The notes under the pieces are model-generated. The model made no database searches. It was not told the DNA's origin and saw nothing but the letters and a program-made list of their open reading frames with translations. This document shows positions 59,444-64,000 of a DNA stretch of 64,000 nt, one piece after another. The stretch lies in NCBI RefSeq assembly GCF_009914755.1, contig NC_060945.1; one strand, 5' to 3'. This DNA comes from the human T2T-CHM13v2.0 reference genome, Homo sapiens. How positions within the stretch are numbered: the stretch's first letter is position 1; the number at the start of each line of letters is the position of its first letter. The translations under genes and the position numbers were made by a program.

Positions 59444-60909
59444 AAAAGGAAACTTGTGAAAATCATGTTGCAAATGAAAGTCTTTAGATGTTTCCTTGGC
59501 TGCTTGGGTTTGAGAAAGAGGAAGGCAAGTATTGAGAGAAGGCATGTGTTATGTGTAAGGTGTCATTGAAACCCTCTGGAAGAACTACATAACATTGAAT
59601 ACCCCTGTCCCTCCTTCTCAACACAAGCTTATGGCAAGGGAGGATCCTTTCTCTGCTTCTCCCACTCAGCCTTGGAACTTGACTTTAAGAGAAGGATGGT
59701 AATCTGATCATACAGTCAGTATGAGATATACTGATCTGACTCCAGACAAGTTCTGGATTTTTATGAAGGGTATCCAGACATTCACAGGACAGTAATGAAC
59801 TTTTTTTTGCTGCAGTTTCCAACTTGTTAGATGCATGAGCAAGAGTTTTCTTCTTTTATAAGCATCATGAACAAGGAAGAAAATCACTTCATTTCTGTTG
59901 AAAAAGAAATGTGTATGCATCTCAAGTTTGGTTTCAAATGAGTATTTTTGCAGCAAAATAAACATAAGTTTCGCATGAAAGGCAAAAGTCCTATCTTTAG
60001 TTTAAAACACAATACTTGTTACGGTTATATAGCTTAATTCAAAAAGTCACAACATCAACACATTTACATAGGTTTACTAGTGCTATATTTTAACTTGGAC
60101 ATATCATTTTGAAAATGTATTTCCAAAGTCTTGTATAAAAAGAGACATTAGGCTATATTTTTGTTTGTATTGCTTTGGCTAAAGGTTTTAGTAGCTTTAT
60201 TATTCAACATGGTCAATAAAATTTTATTTATGTAAATAAAATTATTTAAAACCCATTTTATATCTTTATTAAAATTAAATCTACTCACTTCATCTTTAGA
60301 ACAAAGTAATCCCATTTTGGCTCAAGCTAGTTGTTATGTTGTCCTCATGAGCCTTTAAAATTTATGAAAAGAAAAGAAAGAGATTAATTTCAAGAATCAT
60401 AAAATAAGCTCTACTACTTTTTTAAAAAGAGTAGGCATTAACTTTAAAGCTATTTAAGTTGGAAGAAAAATTACTTTTATACCACATAGCATTGCTCTTT
60501 AGCATCTTGTATAGTAGCAAATTGTGGTGAGACATTTAGGTCTACGTAGATACACTAAAAATATAGTCAAATGTGAACTAAATAAAGGAAAATATGAAGT
60601 TTTCTTTGGCTAAATACTGACTAGCATTAGAATTAATAGTATCTGTGAGAAGGGATAACCACAGAAAAACAGAAGGACAAGTTGGCTAAAGTCAATAAAT
60701 GAAATTATTATTGAATTATTATACTCATTATGTAATTATACAAGATATTGAAATGACTATATTTATGTAGGGGTTCCCTGAGATCCACAATGTTTTTTAA
60801 GGGTTCTTCCAGTGTACAAATTTGAGAAAGGCTGATCTAGGCATATCAGGATTATTTTACTCAAAGCATTTCGTAGAAATCACTACACAGCAACCTTAAC
60901 AAATCCTTT

Positions 60910-61304
<395 letters not shown>

Positions 61305-61369
61305 TTACAATGGTTCCAAACTTTCTCAGTTTTCTGAGAAGGGAATTCAGTATTCAGACCTACCGATAG

Positions 61370-62090
61370 TGATTTTCTTTCTCGCCCTAGAAACCTGCCC
61401 CCCCTTGGTAAATGACACCATTATCCATCGTCATTCAATTTTCAGTTTGAAATGTCTCCTTTCCTCACTCTCTCCTGCCATTTAGTAGAGCAAGTCCAAT
61501 CCAATCTACCTTTGTAGCATATCCTGAATCCTCACACACCTCTTTCCATTGCCACTGCTACCCCCCTGTGAAAAACACAACGATCTTTTGCCCTGATTAT
61601 CAAAATAGCTACCTAACTAGCCTCCCTCCGTTCACTGTTTCCTTCTGCCTGTCCAATCTTCTCTGTAAAGAAACTGTGAAAAATTATCAAAATCTCAAAT
61701 CATCATATCCTTTCAGTTTCCCCATCCTTCTCCCCAAATTGAGATTCTTCAATGGTTTCCAATCGTGTTTAAAATAAAATAGATTTCCTATCCCCAAGGC
61801 CTGTAATCAGCCCCCTGCCCACATCTGTGGCTTCATCCTGTTTGATTCCCCTGACTCTAGGTCTCCATGCTTCAGCCCCCTTGCCCTTTCTGTTCTCTGA
61901 AGGAGCCAAGCTCATCCCCAGCTTTCTCCTTTGCACTAGCTGGTTCATTTTCCTCGAGATGTCTCGCTCCTGATTTTCTCACGGCTATTTATTTTATTTA
62001 CGTAAATAAAACTTCTTGTGTTTCAAGTCATCTCTTAAAGTCATTTATCAGAGAGCCCTTCCCTGAGCCTCAATTTAAATTAGTCACTGA
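61370..62090 (+). mobile_element. L2 fragment (3' end resumes ~63130-63350)
   Basis: cctgattatcaaaatagctacctaactagcctcc...tctcctttgcactagctgg...tcagagagcccttccctga. Confidence 0.65.
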
Positions 62091-62119
62091 GTTACTCTTA
62101 AAAAAAAAAAAAAAACTAA

Positions 62120-62523
62120 TGCGTATTTGACAAATAAAAATTGTATGCATGTATTTACAGTGTATAAGGTGACATTTTCACATAGGTATACATTGAAATA
62201 GTTAAATCAAGCTAATTGACATATCTATCACCTTACATACTTATCATTTTTCGTTGTGGGAAATTTAAGATCTATTCCTTAGGAATTTTCGAGTATTCAA
62301 TACATTATTTTTTCTCTCTTTTTTTAAAATGACAAAAAATTGCACTTATTTGTTGTGTACAGCATGTTGTTTTGAAGTATGTATATATTGTGGAATGACT
62401 ACACTGAGCTTAAGTTAACATATGCATTACTTCACATGCTTATCATTTTCTGTGGGGAGAAAACCTAAAATCTACTCATTTTGCAATTTTCAAGAATACA
62501 ATACATTGTTATTAATACAATAC

Positions 62524-62563
<40 letters not shown>

Positions 62564-63130
62564 TTTTTGACATGGAGTCTCTCTCTGTCGCCCAGGCTGG
62601 AGTGCAGTGGTGTGATCTCCACTCACTGCAGGCTCTGCCTCCCAGGTTCACACCATTCTCCTGCCTCAGCCTCCTGAGTAGCTGGGACTACAGGTGCCTG
62701 CCACCACACCTGGCTAATTTTTTGTATTTTTAGTAGAGATGGGGATTCAATGTGTTAGCCAGGATGGTCTCGATCTCCTGACCTCGTGATCTGCCTGCCT
62801 CGGCCTCCCAAAGTGCTGGGATTACAGGCGTGAGCCACCGCACCCAGCCCAATGCATTATTATTAACTATAGTCACCATGCTATATAGTAGATCTCCTGA
62901 ACTCATTTCTCCTTTCTAACTGAAACTTTGTACCCTTTGAACAACATCTCCTCATTTCCTCACCATCACCCGCAGTCCTCAGCAACCGCCATTCTACTCC
63001 CTGCTTCTATGAGTTCAGCTTTTTCTGATTTCACATGTAATTGGGATCATGTGGTATTTGTCTTTCTGTGCCTGGCTTATTCCACTTAGCATAATGTCCT
63101 CCACGTTTATCCATGTTTCATATGACAGAA
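62120..63130 (-). mobile_element. Two tandem L1MA-type 3' ends (62120-62309, 62310-62517) plus continuation 62850-63130
   Basis: Two diverged copies of ...acttatcatttt...aatct...aattttc...caatacatt; continuation tattaactatagtcaccatgct. Confidence 0.78.
62530..62849 (-). mobile_element. AluY with (TTTA)n tail
   Basis: ggttcacaccattctcctgcc and tgttagccaggatggtctcgatctcc; TSD caatacattatt/caatgcattatt. Confidence 0.93.
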
Positions 63131-63429
63131 TTTCTGTATTATATCTGTTTCAATTATCTGCAGGGCACTTGGCATTTTTGCAGGTTTCTGATTTATGTAT
63201 AATTTATTTACTTGTTTTGGGTTTCTTCCCAATAGAAAGCAAACTTAATGAAAGCAGGGAGGTTATATATTACCTGTATTGTTCACCACTGTATCCCCAG
63301 CCAGTAATACTACCTGGCACAGAAAAGTATTTAAATAATAAATAAATCAGTCTTTTTTTATGGCCACACTAATGAAAATACAGATTGTTAGTGACTGGCA
63401 TATTATCTCCCTTCCAAGTGGGTTATGAG

Positions 63430-63590
63430 GAGAAGGTCAGAGGCATGTGACAACCCTTCTGACCATGGTGAACATCATGTGACATACACAAGTTATATGG
63501 ATATCCTCATCACCTTAGTTTCCTCGTGTGTAATATAAGAGTGTTGGATCAGAATTATGTCCAAGGTGCTTTCCAGCTCTACATATGTAC
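63430..63590 (+). mobile_element. MIR3-type fragment
   Basis: ccttagtttcctcgtgtgtaa...gttggatcagaattatgtccaaggtgctttccagctct. Confidence 0.5.
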
Positions 63591-64000
63591 ATTTCATAAA
63601 TAAATGTGAACTGTACCTTAAGATTCCAGTAGCTGTAATTACTAAGTATCTGTATCAATCTCTATTTTGAACTGTAACAGCAAGAATATCATGCATATCA
63701 ACACAGAGATCCTTCATGTGCCTGAGATATTCTAATAAGCTCTTATAACATGGTATGTTATACACTATATCTCAAACAACTCTTACTATTGCTATAAAAT
63801 TTTCAACATGGAACTTTGATTAAGATAAAGTGAAGAGATAATAATGTTTCTAAATCTTAGGAAATTTTTTCCTGTTACTGAGGTGGGGGACTTTTCAAAA
63901 ATGTATTTCTGTCTTTTGCTGGAAATATTTATTTCAGTTTCCTACAGCATTGCTATAGCATTGCTGTAGGAAATTAACAGTAATTGGTGACTGGCAGTTC

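Overview
Human genomic DNA: a human-specific AluYb8 is present, along with primate Alu, L1PA and THE1 elements. The window is AT-rich, CpG-poor and repeat-dense, with no CpG island, no recognisable protein-coding exon and no RNA gene. The ORFs on the supplied track are Alu/L1-derived, simple-repeat or chance frames. Visible content: 14 Alu/FLAM copies, many MaLR/ERVL/ERV1 solo LTRs (several nested), L1, L2 and MIR fragments, MITE-type DNA transposons, and a near-complete decayed hAT-Charlie transposon (~56.8-60.8 kb) whose transposase motifs are still readable. Most L1 and MaLR copies lie on the minus strand, which would fit a large intron of a plus-strand transcript (inference). I found no supportable novel biological system. 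The best leads are the Charlie fossil, the likely polymorphic AluYb8, a compound (TA)n/CTTGG VNTR, nested insertion stacks, a palindrome cluster and a few weak exon candidates. Repeat subfamily names come from recalled consensus features, and boundaries of old repeats are approximate.
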